Made by a program: the position numbers and the translations under genes. From Terriglobales bacterium (GTDB taxonomy: Bacteria; Acidobacteriota; Terriglobia; Terriglobales; Acidobacteriaceae): 61,115 bases of DNA. The stretch is from the NCBI GenBank assembly GCA_015655195.1, contig JAATFM010000291.1, positions 1 through 61,115 on the forward strand, written 5' to 3'. The notes below the pieces were generated by a model. The model did no database searches. It worked only from the letters and a program-made list of their open reading frames with translations, and was not told the DNA's origin. Positions 59,462-61,115 of the stretch are shown one piece after another (the first letter of the stretch is position 1; every line of letters begins with the position of its first letter).

Positions 59462-59586
59462 AGCAACTCGATTGCCAAATCCGCAGGCGCGCTAACTGTA
59501 ACGTTGTACGGCAAAATCGAGCGCCGCGTTCCGCGCGCCTCCGGCGGCGGGTGTCCGCTCGCGAACAACCTGTGCGGCAGCGGACA
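59462..59586 (-). promoter_or_regulatory. sigma54 -24/-12 promoter with tandem palindromic enhancer-like sites
   Basis: Minus-strand TTGGCAATCGAGTTGCT (59478-59462; GG-N10-GC). Palindromes TGTCCG-CTCG-CGAACA (59552-59567) and TGTGCG-GCAG-CGGACA (59571-59586). Confidence 0.65.
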
Positions 59587-59640
59587 GGTTAAGCGGTCTG
59601 TCAGTGCCCGTGGTTCGATAGTGTCCTGATTTCCTTTCGA

Positions 59641-59713
59641 CATTCCCTCAGGGGCTAAAGCCCCGGTCCTTTTGTGGCGATTTATGGCGCGGCTAAAGCC
59701 GCGCCCCTTCAAA
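59641..59713 (+). repeat. GGGCTAAAGCCC-type REP doublet (no shell)
   Basis: CATTCCCTCAGGGGCTAAAGCCCC...GGCGCGGCTAAAGCCGCGCC-CCTTCAAA. Confidence 0.75.
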
Positions 59714-59778
59714 GCAGCGGCAAATCATCTCTTTCAAAGCAATGACAGATCAGCTCTTTCAAAGCAACGGCAGATCAG
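59708..59778 (+). repeat. 25-bp tandem repeat x3
   Basis: TTCAAAGCAGCGGCAAATCATCTCT / TTCAAAGCAATGACAGATCAGCTCT / TTCAAAGCAACGGCAGATCAG. Confidence 0.7.
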
Positions 59779-59855
59779 GACACCACCCGCGGCCCGGCCC
59801 GCTATGGCAACCTGAACCCGTTGTGGCAACCTTAATGAGAGGAGTCTATTCGCCT

Positions 59856-61115
59856 ATGCCCGCTGAAACCGCAGCTATCCCTGTTATCGAGCAAATTCAC
59901 GCCTGGGACTCGGGCGCAGCCGCGTCCGCCGAAGCTCTTGCCGCGTGGGTCGGCGCGCGCCTTGCCGCGCATGAAGAGGCGCTTGCCGCTCTGCTTGCCG
60001 TCACAGGGCCGCGCACGCTTGAAAACACGCTGCGGCTCTACGATGCGGCTATCGAGCAGCTCAGTCTGGCCGGTTCGCAGGCGGGCGTGCTGAACTCCGT
60101 TGCAGCCGACAAGGCCGTTCGCGATCAGGCACAGGAGGAATCGCAGCGCGTCTCGCAGGCGGGTTCCGCGCTGAGCCTCAATCGCGGCGTTTACGACGCT
60201 CTTGCCGCGATGGATTTGGCCGGTGCGGGCCCGGCAACGAAGCACTACGTGGAGCGCACGCTGCTCGGCTATCGGCTGTCCGGCGTAGATAAGGACGATG
60301 CCACGCGGGCGCACTTGCAGGCGCTTCACGAACAGGCCACAAAGCTCTCGCTTGAATTCAGCCGCAACATTCAGGAGGGCGCGAAGACTATCGAGGCGAC
60401 GACGGAGGAACTTAACGGCCTGCCCGCAGACTACCTCGCGCGCCATAAGCCCGATGCCGAGGGCAAGGTCACGATTTCCACCGACCAGCCCGAGATGCAG
60501 CCTGTTATGACCTTTGCCACGAGCGACGAGCTGCGCCGGCGCATGTTTTTGGCTTACAACACTCGCGCTTACCCGGTGAACAAGACCATTCTCGAAGAGC
60601 TTCTCGCTACGCGACAGAAGATTGCCGCCGTGCTTGGCTTTCGTAGCTGGGCCGATCTTGCCACTGCCGACCAGATGATGAATTCGGCCGCCAATGTCCG
60701 CGGGTTCCTTGCCAAGCTCGACGAGGCCAGCCGCGAGGGCGCGCGCCGCGAGCACGCAATGATTCTCGAATTTGCCCGCTCGCGCAGGCCCGGACTTGCC
60801 GAAATTGATACCACAAGCCGCGGCTACTGGTATGAGCAGTACCGCCGCTCAGCTTTCGACTTCGACTCGCAATCCGTGCGCCCCTATTTTCCCTACGTGC
60901 AGGTTGAGGCCGGCATTCTTTCGACGGCGGCGCGGCTGTTCAAGGTCGAATTCCGTTCTTCGGATGCGCAGGCTTGGCACGCTGCCGTCAAGGTCTTCGA
61001 TGTCTTTGAGGGCGGTTCGCAGATTGGCCGTTTCTATCTAGATATGCACCCGCGCGAAGGCAAGGACAAGTGGTTCTCCGCCGCGCCCGTCGTCACCGGC
61101 GTCCGCGGGCGCTAC
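59856..61115 (+). CDS. M3-family metallopeptidase (thimet/oligopeptidase A-like); 3' end beyond the window
   Basis: Not in the ORF track. Manual translation gives MPAETAAIP...RTLENTL...ELNGLPADYL...LGFRSWAD...VRPYFPY...WH...GRFYLDMHPREGK. GAGGAG RBS; open to the edge; HExxH not reached. Confidence 0.88.
   Translation, partial: MPAETAAIPVIEQIHAWDSGAAASAEALAAWVGARLAAHEEALAALLAVTGPRTLENTLRLYDAAIEQLSLAGSQAGVLNSVAADKAVRDQAQEESQRVSQAGSALSLNRGVYDALAAMDLAGAGPATKHYVERTLLGYRLSGVDKDDATRAHLQALHEQATKLSLEFSRNIQEGAKTIEATTEELNGLPADYLARHKPDAEGKVTISTDQPEMQPVMTFATSDELRRRMFLAYNTRAYPVNKTILEELLATRQKIAAVLGFRSWADLATADQMMNSAANVRGFLAKLDEASREGARREHAMILEFARSRRPGLAEIDTTSRGYWYEQYRRSAFDFDSQSVRPYFPYVQVEAGILSTAARLFKVEFRSSDAQAWHAAVKVFDVFEGGSQIGRFYLDMHPREGKDKWFSAAPVVTGVRGRY

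Noticed and set aside
59708-59778. Possible mini-CRISPR array
   Set aside because: Units are contiguous 25-mers without unique spacers, and there are no cas genes.

Overview
GC-rich bacterial chromosomal window, almost certainly Acidobacteriota (Terriglobia/Acidobacteriaceae-like). The evidence for this is an ADOP-type duplicated permease, three carboxypeptidase-regulatory-domain TonB-dependent receptors and a tandem NAD+-I (nadA) riboswitch. Left to right the window holds: (i) a lipid biosynthetic locus running off the left edge (membrane desaturase, a FAAL-carrier-thioester reductase tri-domain protein, a tandem lipocalin-like secreted protein flanked by two MITE-like copies, and an MMPL exporter); (ii) a probable beta-1,2-glucan utilisation locus (GH144, LacI, GH3, TBDR) with two identical LacI-type operators; (iii) housekeeping and stress genes (sugar transferase, kdsC, DUF5522, dps, xylB, usp); (iv) a TBDR and a Tat-signal PLP aminotransferase; (v) a sugar locus (SSS symporter, fucose/arabinose-isomerase family, degenerate M24 fold) near xfp-ackA; (vi) acyltransferase, proC, EamA, PP2C, DUF2203, nadA with riboswitch, DinB, tatB-tatC-M28 (glutaminyl-cyclase-like), TBDR, TerC, an SH3 protein, an AroD-AroE fusion ending in a ParD-antitoxin-like tail, an ADOP permease with a sigma54-type promoter, and a partial M3 peptidase. 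Intergenic DNA is rich in small repeats. Two families of terminal-inverted-repeat 'shells' appear to carry interchangeable REP-like hairpin cargo. I saw no rRNA, tRNA, CRISPR array or transposase. All family calls come from motif recognition by eye; no searches were run.
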